The notes below the pieces were generated by a model, which did not search any database, was not told where the DNA came from, and saw only the letters and a list, made by a program, of their open reading frames with translations. DNA of 55,648 nucleotides, from NCBI GenBank assembly GCA_016748015.1, contig JAAOMT010000737.1:2860-58507 (forward strand), in the 5' to 3' direction. Position numbers and translations under genes: made by a program. Shown piece after piece: positions 13,064-24,707 of the stretch (positions are counted from its first letter, which is position 1; every line of letters starts with the position of its first letter). The DNA is from Geosiphon pyriformis uo1. Lineage: Eukaryota; Fungi; Glomeromycota.

Positions 13064-14443
13064 TTATCTTTTTGAATAATGTTCAATTAAAACTATTGGT
13101 TCCAAATCTTGTGGAATTTGTTCTGGTAGAATTAAAGGTAATTGTGTTCCAATTTTCGGTATTTTTGTTGTTATTACTGGTTTACTGTAATAGAATTTCA
13201 GCCAGTTATCATGTGCTGCTTTTTTTAATATTTTATCATCTAGTTTTAGCTTGTATGCTCCATTTCTAAGTATTTTGTAAATATAAAATGATCCATCCCA
13301 CTTGTAATCAAATTTTTCACTCTATTATTTTTCCATTTTTGTATGATGCAACAATACTTTATTTCCAATTTTGTAGTTAACTATATTATCTGGTAACTGG
13401 TTATCATGTCTCACTTTTTGTTGTTCTTGTAATTGTTCAATATTTTGTGTTGCTTTTCTTCTTTTGTTTTCTAAAGTTTCCATTAATTTGTATGTTCTTC
13501 TAAGTAACATTTCCTGAAATGTTGTTTCAATGATAGTGTCACTTGGATAAGTTGGAATAGTAAGTTCAACTGGTAATGTGGCTTTTCTTCCATAAACTAG
13601 TTCAAATAGTGTGAATTGTGTAGTATCTTGTTTTACTGTTCTATATACTAGTAGTACTGTTGGTATGAACAAATCCCATTTTTTTTCATGTTCATTACTA
13701 ATTTTTGCCAGTGATTTGCATAATGTGCAATTAAATCTTTCAACTAATCTATTTGTTTGTGGATGGTATGGTGATGACAGTGGTTGCTTGATTCCAAATT
13801 TTTGGCTAAGTTTGTTTAAAGTGCTGTTTACAAAGTGTGTACCTTGATCTGATAGCAATTCTTATAGACATCCATGCCAGCAAATTAAGTCTTCATGTAC
13901 AAATTGAGCTATGGAAATAGCATCAGCTGTTTTAATAGCTCTAGCTTCTGGCTATTTGATGAGATAGTTCACAGCTACTGCAATATAACGATTGTTTCTT
14001 GTTGTTATTGATAAGGGTCCAACTAAATCAATTCTAATTTTGTCAAATGGCTGTCCAACTTTTATTGGTCTTAATAATTCTGTTGTTTTTGCTCCTTTTC
14101 TTTGTTGACATGGGTCACAATTTCTTATGTATTGGATTATGTCTGAACTCATTTTTGGCCAATAGTAATGGCTAGTTGCACATTGAATGGTTGCTGTTTT
14201 TCCAAAGTGGCCTGAATGAATATCTGAGTGCATGTTAAATAAGATCATTTCTTTTTCATCTGTGGTTATAACTCTTAATGGATTATCTGGATTTTGTCAA
14301 TTCTGGTAATAAAGTATGTAATTTTGGATGAAATAGTGTTTTGCTAATTTTTGGAGCTTAATTAACTCTTTTACTGGCATTTTTTTGTCTATTTGTAGTG
14401 TTTCCAAGTATTGACTGAGGTTTTTGTAAAGGTGGTTGTTCAT
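13064..14443 (-). pseudogene. C1 integrase, separate ORF
   Basis: MNNHLYKNL start; HSDIHSGHF...CDPCQ (HHCC); IDLVGPL, LSDQGTHF, YHPQTNRLVERFN (DDE); KWDGSF (GPY/F); ends DLEPIVLIEHYSKR-stop. Confidence 0.93.
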
Positions 14444-14472
14444 TGTTGTTGTGGCAGGTGGGTTGGTAATTT

Positions 14473-16291
14473 TTATGTGCGTTTTATTTTTGACAAACAG
14501 TTAGCATTAGCATTTTTGGTATTTTCTTTGTATTTAATAATATAATTGTATGGTGATAATATTTGTGACCATCTGGCATATTTTCTTTTTAGCGCTTTCT
14601 TGTTATTTAACCAAATCAGATCTCTATGATCTATAGTAATCTCAAAAGATTGGTACCATAAATATGTATCAAAGTGAACACAACTTCAGACTACTGTTAA
14701 GTATTCAAGTTTGTGTGTTGCGTAGTTTTGCTCTGCCGTACTGAGACTTCTGTTGGCATAAACAATTACACGTTCTTTTCTATTATCATTTTTTTGTGAC
14801 AGAATGATTCCAAGTTCAGTTCCAAAGACATCTGTGGCCAAAATGAATTTCTTGTTGAAATTCGAATAGATTATTATTGGTGATTCAATGAGCTTTTGTC
14901 TAAGGTACTCAAAAGCTTTTTGTTGTGCTTCAGTCTATTCAAATTTCACATTTTTGGATAGTAGATAATTAAGAGGTTTGGCAATGTTTGAAAAGTTTTC
15001 TACAAAGTGGCAGTAGTAAGATGTGAATCCTAAAAAGCTTCTAACTTCTGAAATGTTTTGAAGTACTGGAAAATTTTTTATTTTGTCTATTTTTGATAGA
15101 TCTGGTTTTATTTTATCTTTTCCAATTACGTGTTCTAAAAATACTAGCTCATTTTTCTTAAAGCAACATTTTTCTAGATTTAGTTTAAGTCCAGTGTGTC
15201 TCAATCTCTCAAAAACTTGTTGCAAATATTGGAGATAATCCGTGAATTTTGACAAGAAAACATTTGTATTATCCAAGTAGACAACAACGAATTGCTACAG
15301 GATTCCAGAGTAAATTATGTTCATTAGTCTTTGGAATGTCACAAGAGCATTTGTCAATCCAAATGGTATTACATTGAACTTATAATTGCCATTTTGTAAA
15401 TGCTGTTTTATGTCTGTCCTTTGGATCTATTTTCACTTGCCAGTACTCACTGGTCAAGTTTAGTATAGAAAACCATTTTGCTCCTCCAAAAATGTTGAAA
15501 ATTTCATCAATTAATGGTATTGGGTATAAGTCTTTAGTTGTTTTGCTGTTTAGTTTGTGATAGTTGATGCAAAATCTAATTTTTCTGTTTTTTTTCCTTA
15601 TTAAAACAACTGGTGAGGACAATGAGCTCATTAATAGTTGGATTATTCCTTTTTCCAACATGTTTCGGACTTCTTCTCTGATAAAATTATGCTTCATTGG
15701 TGGAACATGGTAAGTGTGTTGTTTTTCAAGTCTGGCGTCTCCAGTGGAAATTTGGTGTTGAACCAAATTGGTTCTTCCAAATTTGCTATTTCATAAAAAT
15801 ATATCAGAATATTTTAAAATTAATGCTTTTAATTATTGCTGTTGGTCAGGATCCATTGTTTCAATGTTTAATTTGGCCAATTCTTCTGGTGTAAATTGAT
15901 AGCATTCCAATGGTTGTTGTCAATTTATTGAAGTGAGTTCACAGTAGAGGGTAATTTCTGGGAAATTTAAAATTTCTTGTGATGTTGATACATTTTTTAG
16001 CTCTGTTCCAAGATATCCAATGATGGTATCTTCCAGAATGTAGACAGGTTCTTCTGTGGTGTTTGTGATAGGAATTTTTATCTATTGAGCTTTATCAGCT
16101 GGAATAAAAAGGTTAGTAAGTCCTATGAGAAACTGTTGGCAAGTTTCTGAGTAGGGCTCAAATTTTAGGTCTTTTTCTTTAATTGTCCTTTTTATTCTTA
16201 TTTCTGATTTTTTATATGGTAGAAGCATGATAGACCGTTCAGTTTTAATTATTTTGCCTTTTTCTTCTATTGTTTCAGTGAAATTCACTTC
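14473..16291 (-). pseudogene. C1 pol 3' part: post-dUTPase spacer, RT, RNaseH
   Basis: SPVVLIRKKNRKIRFCINYHKLN, YLDN (decayed YLDD), VRSFLGFTSYY; RNaseH ends NANCLSKIKRT-stop. Confidence 0.92.
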
Positions 16292-16980
16292 TGGTGTTAA
16301 ATCTTGGCTGGTGTATGTGACTGAATGTTCTCTTCTATCTGGTCCTTTCTGAGATAGTACTGCTCCCAATGCTTGACCTGATGCATTAGTGGTGATAATG
16401 AATGGTTTACTATAATCTGAATAGATTAATACTGGAGCTTGAATAAGCTTTCTTCTTAAGATGTTAAATGCTTCTTGCTGGGTTTCAGTCCATTCATACT
16501 TTGCATTTTTGGTTTGAAGATCATTGAGTGGTTGTGCTATCTTTGAAAAGTTCTTTATGAAGCATCTATAATAGCTTGTGAATCCCAAGAATAATTTTAG
16601 CTCAGTTACGTTGGTTGGTATTAAAAAGTTCTTTACTATCTCTATTTTCTCTGGATTTGTTTTTATGCTGTCTTTACTAACTATGTGTTCCAAAAATTTT
16701 AGTTCTGTTTTGCCAAAAAAACACTTTGTTGCATTCAATTTTAATTCTGCTTGTCATAGTCTTTTGAACACTTGTTGGAGATGACGTAGATGATCATCGA
16801 ATGTTTTTGAGAACACATTGGTGTCGTCTAAGTATACAACTACTGATTTCCACAATAAGCCAGTATACACAATTTCTATTAGCCATTGGAAGATTGCTGG
16901 GGCATTGGTTAAGCCAAATGGCATTACTTCAAATTCGAAATTCTCTTTTCTTGTGGTGAATGCTGTTTTTTCTTTATCGG
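16292..16980 (-). pseudogene. D RT C-terminal half and start of RNaseH
   Basis: KTAFTT, MPFGLTNAPA, VYLDDTNVF, FIITTNASGQALGAVLSQ. Confidence 0.9.
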
Positions 16981-18391
16981 TGTTACGGGATGGTTTTCTT
17001 GTTATATTTAATTGCTGATATCCCGCTTTAATTGCAATCAGTCTTTCGTGAGTTCCTCAATTCTATTTGTGTGATAATGTCACTGTTACACTGAAGGCTT
17101 TCTTTTTACTGTTGCGATGTAAGTTATTCTTTAATTCTTGATTGTTGTGTGTGTTTATGTACTCCTTCTCAGAGGCTGAACTGAAATCTACCCACTATCT
17201 GGGGTCTTCTCTGAGGCTATCCTTGCAATTGCCTGATGTGTTTTTCTAATCTAGAAACACAGAATGTTAATGGTCTTTAGCGCTTTTCTAATTNNNNNNN
17301 NNNNNNNNNNNNNNNNNNNNNNNNNNNNNNNNNNNNNNNNNNNNNNNNNNNNNNNNNNNNNNNNNNNNNNNNNNNNNNNNNNNNNNNNNNNNNNNNNNNN
17401 NNNNNNNNNNNNNNNNNNNNNNNNNNNNNNNNNNNNNNNNNNNNNNNNNNNNNNNNNNNNNNNNNNNNNNNNNNNNNNNNNNNNNNNNNNNNNNNNNNNN
17501 NNNNNNNNNNNNNNNNNNNNNNNNNNNNNNNNNNNNNNNNNNNNNNNNNNNNNNNNNNNNNNNNNNNNNNNNNNNNNNNNNNNNNNNNNNNNNNNNNNNN
17601 NNNNNNNNNNNNNNNNNNNNNNNNNNNNNNNNNNNNNNNNNNNNNNNNNNNNNNNNNNNNNNNNNNNNNNNNNNNNNNNNNNNNNNNNNNNNNNNNNNNN
17701 NNNNNNNNNNNNNNNNNNNNNNNNNNNNNNNNNNNNNNNNNNNNNNNNNNNNNNNNNNNNNNNNNNNNNNNNNNNNNNNNNNNNNNNNNNNNNNNNNNNN
17801 NNNNNNNNNNNNNNNNNNNNNNNNNNNNNNNNNNNNNNNNNNNNNNNNNNNNNNNNNNNNNNNNNNNNNNNNNNNNNNNNNNNNNNNNNNNNNNNNNNNN
17901 NNNNNNNNNNNNNNNNNNNNNNNNNNNNNNNNNNNNNNNNNNNNNNNNNNNNNNNNNNNNNNNNNNNNNNNNNNNNNNNNNNNNNNNNNNNNNNNNNNNT
18001 ATGTTCATGGTTGGGTCCAACAATAATTTGTGACAGTTTTCAAATGCTTTGAAAATTCTGTAAACTGTTTTTGAATGGAATGTAGTGTTGGTTTTTCCAA
18101 TGAAAGGTTCTAATAGTTGGATAGTTGTTTTGTCAAACACTTTAGTTGAGTCTTTTGAGTATAATGTTTGTATGTTCAAGTGCTTTTCTAGTTGATAATA
18201 ACAGTAATTAATTGGGAATTTCGTTTTCAAGTTGCTAAATGTGTCTGGTGTTAATTCACTTATTTCTATTTCTTCCATTATTAATGTATTGCCCAATGCT
18301 ATCTCTAATTTTTCAATAACTTTGCTAATAAATTTGTTGTTATATTTGGCAATNNNNNNNNNNNNNNNNNNNNNNNNNNNNNNNNNNNNNN

Positions 18392-19451
18392 GCTTTTCTT
18401 AATATTTTATCATCTAGTCTTAGCTTGTATGCTCCATTTCCAAGTATTTCGTGAATATAAAATGGTCCATCTCACTTGTGATCAAATTTTCCACTCCACT
18501 GTTTTTCCATTTTTGTACAATGCAACAATACTTTATCTCCAATTTTGTAGCTAATTATATTATCTGGTAACTGGTTATCATGTCTCACTTTTTGTTGTTC
18601 TTGTGATTGTTCAATATTTTGTGCTGCTTTTCTTCTTTTGTTTTCTAAAGTTCCCATTAATTCGTATGTTCTTCTAAGTAGTGTTTCCTGGAATGTTGCT
18701 TCCGTGATAGTGTCACTCGGATAAGTTGGAATAGTAAGTTCAATGGGTAATGTGGCTTTTCTTCCATAAACTAGTTCGAACGGTGTGAATTGTGTAGTAT
18801 CTTGTTTTACTGTTCTATATGCTAGTAGTACTGCTGGTATGAACAAATCCCATTTTTTTTCATGTTCGTTACTAATTTTTGCCAGTGATTCGCATAATGT
18901 GCGATTAAATCTTTCAACTAATCCATTTGTTTGAGGGTGGTATGGTGATGACAGTGGTTGCTTGATTCCAAATTTTTGGCTAAGTTTGTTTAAAGTGCTG
19001 TTTACAAAGTGTGTACCTTGATCTGATAGCAATTCTTATAGACATCCATGCCAGCAAATTAAGTCTTCATGTACAAATTGAGCTATGGAAATAGCATCAG
19101 CTGTTTTAATAGCTCTAGCTTCTGGCCATTTGGTGAGATAGTCCATGGCTACTGCAATATAATGGTTGTTTCTTGTTGTTATTGGTAAGGGTCCAACTAA
19201 ATCAATTCCGATTCTGTCAAATGGCTGTCCAACTTTTATTGGTCTTAATAATTCCGTTGTTTTTGCTCCTCCTTTTCGTTGGCATGGGTCACAATTTCTT
19301 ATGTATTGGATTATGTCTGAGCTCATTTTTGGCCAATAGTAACGGCTAGTTGCACGTTGGATGGTTGCTGTTTTTTCAAAGTGGCCTGAATGAATATCTG
19401 AGTGCATGTTAAATAAGATAGTTTCTTTTTCATCCGTGGTTATAACTCTTA
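18392..19451 (-). pseudogene. C2 integrase (partial, between gaps)
   Basis: HSDIHSGHF, CDPCQ, GIDLVGPLP, DYLTKWPEA, LSDQGTHF, YHPQTNGLVERFN; at least two premature stops (19033-19035 and 18472-18474). Confidence 0.92.
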
Positions 19452-20210
19452 NNNNNNNNNNNNNNNNNNNNNNNNNNNNNNNNNNNNNNNNNNNNNNNNN
19501 NNNNNNNNNNNNNNNNNNNNNNNNNNNNNNNNNNNNNNNNNNNNNNNNNNNNNNNNNNNNNNNNNNNNNNNNNNNNNNNNNNNNNNNNNNNATTTTTATG
19601 TGTGTTTCATTCTTGACAAACAGTCGGCATTAGCATTTTTGGTACATTTTTTGTATTTGATAATATAATCGTATGGTGCTAACGTTTGTGACCATCTGGC
19701 GTATTTTCCTTTTAGTGCTTTCTTGTTATTTAACCAGACCAGACCTCTATGATCTGTCATAATCTCAAAGGGTTAGTACCGTAAATATGTGTCAAAGTGA
19801 ACACAACTCCAGCCTANNNNNNNNNNNNNNNNNNNNNNNNNNNNNNNNNNNNNNNNNNNNNNNNNNNNNNNNNNNNNNNNNNNNNNNNNNNNNNNNNNNN
19901 NNNNNNNNNNNNNNNNNNNNNNNNNNNNNNNNNNNNNNNNNNNNNNNNNNNNNNNNNNNNNNNNNNNNNNNNNNNNNNNNNNNNNNNNNNNNNNNNNNNN
20001 NNNNNNNNNNNNNNNNNNNNNNNNNNNNNNNNNNNNNNNNNNNNNNNNNNNNNNNNNNNNNNNNNNNNNNNNNNNNNNNNNNNNNNNNNNNNNNNNNNNN
20101 NNNNNNNNNNNNNNNNNNNNNNNNNNNNNNNNNNNNNNNNNNNNNNNNNNNNNNNNNNNNNNNNNNNNNNNNNNNNNNNNNNNNNNNNNNNNNNNNNNNN
20201 NNNNNNNNNN

Positions 20211-20611
20211 CCTTTTTCTGTCGATCCGAAACCAAAAGTTCCTCTCGTTGTTTGTGACAATTCCTCATGATTTTCCACTGGCACGAATTTCCCAATTTTT
20301 ACCAATGGTAGGAAAATTGCTTGTGCAATCTTTTCCTTAGATTCAATGGTATAAGGCTTTTCTGAATTGTTCTGTAGCAAAACCATCAAATTTCCAGTGT
20401 ATCCGGAGTCAATTACTCCTCCTTGAACGCTTATTCCTTTTTTCGCGAGGCTTGATTGCGACGCCATTTGAACCATTATTCCTGGCGGAATTTCAACCGC
20501 TAATTTTAGGTCGATTTTGGTGATGCTCCTGGGTGGTAACGTTGTGGATTGGTCTTCCGGATAACGTAGATCGAATCCGGCGTCGGTTGGATGGGCTCTT
20601 TCGGGTATTAT
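20211..20611 (-). CDS. dut: C2 trimeric-type dUTPase domain within pol
   Basis: All five motifs: AGFDL, ASQSSLA (RSS in B and E), GVIDSGYTG, KIAQAIF, RGTFGFGSTEK. Confidence 0.93.
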
Positions 20612-20780
20612 TCCTAAATGCCCGTTGTTGAAGTATTGGATGTCGGTCACCTGTTCTAGGTCAGTATAGGCTACAAATTTTTCTGACTCGGGACCGTCAG
20701 GTGAGTCTTGTTGATTTATTGATTGATTTTGAGACTGCTGATTCTCAATTTCCATTTTTCTTTCTAAGTCCCTTTCATCT

Positions 20781-21389
20781 TGACACTCTTCACAGCACTG
20801 ACTTTGGCACGGAATAAGACAGTTTTCGCAGAGGTAAGTGTTGATTTGGGCGAGGTATTGTTCTTGCTCTTGTCGAGTGGGGCATAGTTGTTGGTAGTAG
20901 TCCTGGAATTCGTTCACTGGGTCGAACATGTTGTAGCTGGCGACTTCGTCGGCTACTTCGGCTGACTCTTTCCAACGTCGTATTTCTTCGGCAGTTCCTC
21001 CTCTTACTTTGGCTTGTGCGGTGTTGTACAACTCATCCTCGTCGTGTGGGTAGTGCTGTAGTCTTTTTAACGCTCTGTTGAACGCTGCTTCGAACGGCGT
21101 TCCTCCTCTTACCCAGTCACAGATGAGGATCGTGTATTGGCAAGTTGCGTCACACGTTCCTCCTCTGCCTGGTAAGTCGTTCCAGTCGCACCCTCTTGGT
21201 AACGGTTCTCCACAAGCGAGGCACAGTTCCTCGTCCCATTTTCCGTGTCTTTCTGGGTAACCGTATTTTTCTTTGTTACAACGGTTACAATAGTAGTGGG
21301 TGGGGTTTCTTGGGTCTTCGTCCGGTGCGCTGCACGCAGTCATAGACGAGAGTTTCTTCTTGCAAACCGAGCATTCTAGCTTTGGTCTG
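20781..21389 (-). CDS. C2 Cys-rich domain between protease and dUTPase
   Basis: Open frame with CSVC..CNRC, CLAC..CDATC, CENC..CEEC; homologues in B, C1, D and E. Confidence 0.8.
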
Positions 21390-21409
21390 NNNNNNNNNNN
21401 NNNNNNNNN

Positions 21410-21981
21410 TCATTCCCTACTAACGCTTGATATTGTGTAGCGTCCATTACTAATACTTTTGTAGGTATTACTATGCCGTTAATTTCGAAAGGGAATGAGT
21501 CGATTTCGCCATAAGGCAGCTTTGTACTTCCATCGGCTGTTATGATTTGGGACGTCACGGCACGATCAACTTTGAAACCCAGTTGGTTTACTAGTTGAAG
21601 TGTTACGATGCTTCCAGCGGATCCGCTGTCTAAGATAAGTTTGATTGGGGTATTGTTTACAGTGGCTTCCGTATACATAGCAGTGATTGGGCGTTTTTCG
21701 TCCAATGCTGCTCCACTGAACATAGCCTCGTTTTCCTCTAATTCAAAAGGAAAAATAGCTACGAGGCTGCTATCTTCGGTGGCAACTGCTGGTGGTATTG
21801 TCTGGCTCAATTTGGAGGAATTCTTGGTTCTGTTTATGTTTCTACTGTCATTGTTTCCGATGATCAGGTTTTCCGGTATATTAAGGTAAGTTTGTTGATA
21901 ATTTTGGTAGTTTGGATTGGTTTGCTGATTGGTTCCGGCGCAGTTTGGATTCCTCTGGACCAACGCGTTCTGGTTCCACAT
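21410..21981 (-). CDS. C2 Gag tail and aspartic protease (same frame)
   Basis: IKLILDSGSAGSIV active site, IITADG flap, YQALVGND. Confidence 0.92.
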
Positions 21982-23268
21982 GGGCTGATTTCGGGCCTCG
22001 GGNNNNNNNNNNNNNNNNNNNNTCTTGTGGTGTTGACGCGTTTTCTAGCTCCGTTCCGAGGTATCCAATGATGGTATCTTCCGGAATGTAGACGGGTTCT
22101 TCTGTGGTGTTTGCGATAAGAATTTTTATCCATTGAGCTTTATCAGCTGGAATAAAAAGGTTAGTAAGTCCTATGAGAAACTGTTGGCAAGTTTCTGGGT
22201 AGGGCTCAAATATTAGGTCTTTTTCTTTAATTGTCCTTTTTATTCTTATTTCTGATTTTCCATATGGTAGGAGCGTAATGGACCGCTCATTTTTAATTAC
22301 TTCGCCTTTTTTCTCTATTGTTTCAGTGAAATTCACTTCAATTCCTTTTTCTGTCGATCCGAAACCAAAAGTTCCTCTCGTTGTTTGTGACAATTCCTCA
22401 TGATTTTCCACTGGCACGAATTTCCCAATTTTTACCAATGGTAGGAAAATTGCTTGTGCAATCTTTTCCTTAGATTCAATGGTATAATGCTTTTCTGAAT
22501 TGTTCTGTAGCAAAACCATCAAATTTCCAGTGTATCCGGAGTCAATTACTCCTCCTTGAACGCTTATTCCTTTTTTCGCGAGGCTTGATTGCGACGCCAT
22601 TTGAACCATTATTCCTGGCGGAATTTCAACNNNNNNNNNNNNNNNNNNNNACGAGAGTTTCTTCTTGCAAACCGAGCATTCTAGCTTTGGTCTGCGTCGC
22701 TGGTGGTTTCTTCGTGAACTTACCTGGTTCTATTCAGATCTTTCTTCGCTGGTCCACGTTGGTACGGCTGGTAGTCCTGTTCTTTGGTCATCAGTCCAAG
22801 AGAGCTGATAGGTTTCGATGGCTGGTAGTGCTGGATTTTCCTCAAATTCGAAGGTAGGTCTTTGGTTGGCGCTGGGTTTTTGGAAGTGGCCACAGGTGGC
22901 TGGAATTTTGGCCTGGTGGTCATTATAATTGATTAGAAGCTCTTGGGTGGTCCAGTCTAGGGTGGCGTTGGCTTTTGTTAGCCAGTCATTCCCTACTAAC
23001 ACTTGATATTGTGTAGNNNNNNNNNNNNNNNNNNNNNNNNNNNNNNNNNNNNNNNNNNNNNNNNNNNNNNNNNNNNNNNNNNNNNNNNNNNNNNNNNNNN
23101 NNNNNNNNNNNNNNNNNNNNNNNNNNNNNNNNNNNNNNNNNNNNNNNNNNNNNNNNNNNNNNNNNNNNNNNNNNNNNNNNNNNNNNNNNNNNNNNNNNNN
23201 NNNNNNNNNNNNNNNNNNNNNNNNNNNNNNNNNNNNNNNNNNNNNNNNNNNNNNNNNNNNNNNNNNNG

Positions 23269-24163
23269 TAGTAATTATTTTCGCGTGCTTCCTGCATCAT
23301 TCGCGTTCGACATTGACTAATCAAATGTCCTACGTGTTTGCAAAAATGGCAGGCGCGTGTTTCTGTTCTGAATTCCTGGCGCGACGAGCGATTATTTCGA
23401 CTGTCGCTGACTTCCTGGCTGCGTCTTTAGGGTGGTTGGTATGTATTTTTTCTCGGATCCGGGATGAGGTAACTTTCTATTTTCTTAGAGAGTTCCTCCC
23501 CTAATCGCGTTACTCTTTTCTCTAATGTTTCTGTCTTATTTTCCTCCATTACCATGTTAACCATTTGACTATGGTTAGCTTCTTTCTCAGCCGATTCAAG
23601 GGCTCTGGCGAGCGTAACGGCTTCTAGTAAGGAATTAGGGTGGGCAGGGCGTACTCTTCCTAAAATGCTGCTTTTTAATCCTCTAATAAACTGATTTAAA
23701 ACCTGAGGATCAGTGTAGTATCCTTGTTCAATCGCTTCAATCTGACGGCGAATTCGATTGAATCGAGCAAGGTATTGGGTGACAGTTTCACCGGTATTTT
23801 GCTTGATAGTATTGAATTCGTTCTGTAGTTGGATTACGGCGTTTGGGTCGCTAAAATACTCCAGGAGTGCATTTTTAAATTCGGCGAAGCTTGTGGGTTT
23901 TGTTTCCAGGCTTTGATACCACGAGTCGGCTGTGCCTTTCAGGAAGAAAGGTAATGTTTGAATTGCTCTTTGGTCGTTCCAGTTATTTGCCTGGATGGCT
24001 TTTTGTGCTTCTCTGAGCCATGTGTGCACGTCCGTTTCTTCTTCCTCTCCTGAGAAATCTGTTAGTCTTGCAATGTATGGTGTGGTCATTTCGTTGCCGT
24101 TTTCTGCTGGTGGGTTTATTGGTCTAAGAGAAGGTGGGATGATATTTCCTTGAGCGTTCCTAA
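23269..24163 (-). pseudogene. C2 Gag capsid domain and zinc knuckle
   Basis: MTTPYIARLTDFSGEE..WLREAQKAIQANNW, QNTGETVTQYLARF, QFIRGL; CHFCKHVGHLISQC knuckle after one stop. Confidence 0.88.
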
Positions 24164-24707
24164 ANNNNNNNNNNNNNNNNNNNNAAGGCTTTCTTTTTAC
24201 TGTTGCGATATAAGTTATTCTTTAATTCTTGATTGTTGTGTGTGTTTATGTACTCCTTCTCAGAGGCTGAACTGAAATCTACCCACTATCTGGGGTCTTC
24301 TCTGAAGCTATCCTTGCAATTGCCTGATGTGTTTCTCTAATCTAGAAACACAGAATGTTAATGGTCTTTAGCGCNNNNNNNNNNNNNNNNNNNNAAATTG
24401 GATTATTGCTTGATAAGTTATGATTTTTATTACTTGATTGATTCTTTCCCAATATTAAAACTACTGTATATATACATGTTTGTAGTTCTACGAGAAAATA
24501 CTTTCTTTTTGATATTTCAACCTGGTGTTTGCTGCTATCACCAGTTGGTGTTGGCTGCTATTGTGAACTGGTGTTTGCCACTATCGCGAAATGGTGTTTG
24601 CTACTATGTTAATCATTACCTTTCTAAGATTATTACTGTGCTATATTATGATTGAATAGTTTGTATTATTTTTATGATTCTTTTTGCTAAATTCTTAAAC
24701 CGTAACA

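Larger units (their letters stand above)
16981..24707 (-). mobile_element. Ty3/gypsy element C2 (youngest, CpG-rich), inserted in D RT; gapped and partly scrambled assembly
   Basis: Perfect 8-bp terminal inverted repeat TGTTACGG...CCGTAACA; perfect TSD TCGG at 16977-16980 and 24708-24711; D RT resumes across it (VAMDLA|DKEKTAF); LTR pieces at 16981-17293 and 24185-24707. Confidence 0.92.

Noticed and set aside
12687-13847. Antisense ORFs over TE coding regions, here and throughout the window
   Set aside because: They are shadows of the A-rich coding strands and their boundaries are not conserved between copies.
17264-20295. Long ORFs containing X runs
   Set aside because: They are open only because they cross N gaps.
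22023-23016. Apparent tandem duplication of the dUTPase and out-of-order domains in C2
   Set aside because: 22347-22630 is nearly identical to 20211-20495, and the pieces are bounded by ~20-N gaps in non-colinear order. A scaffolding artefact of a young multicopy family is most likely.
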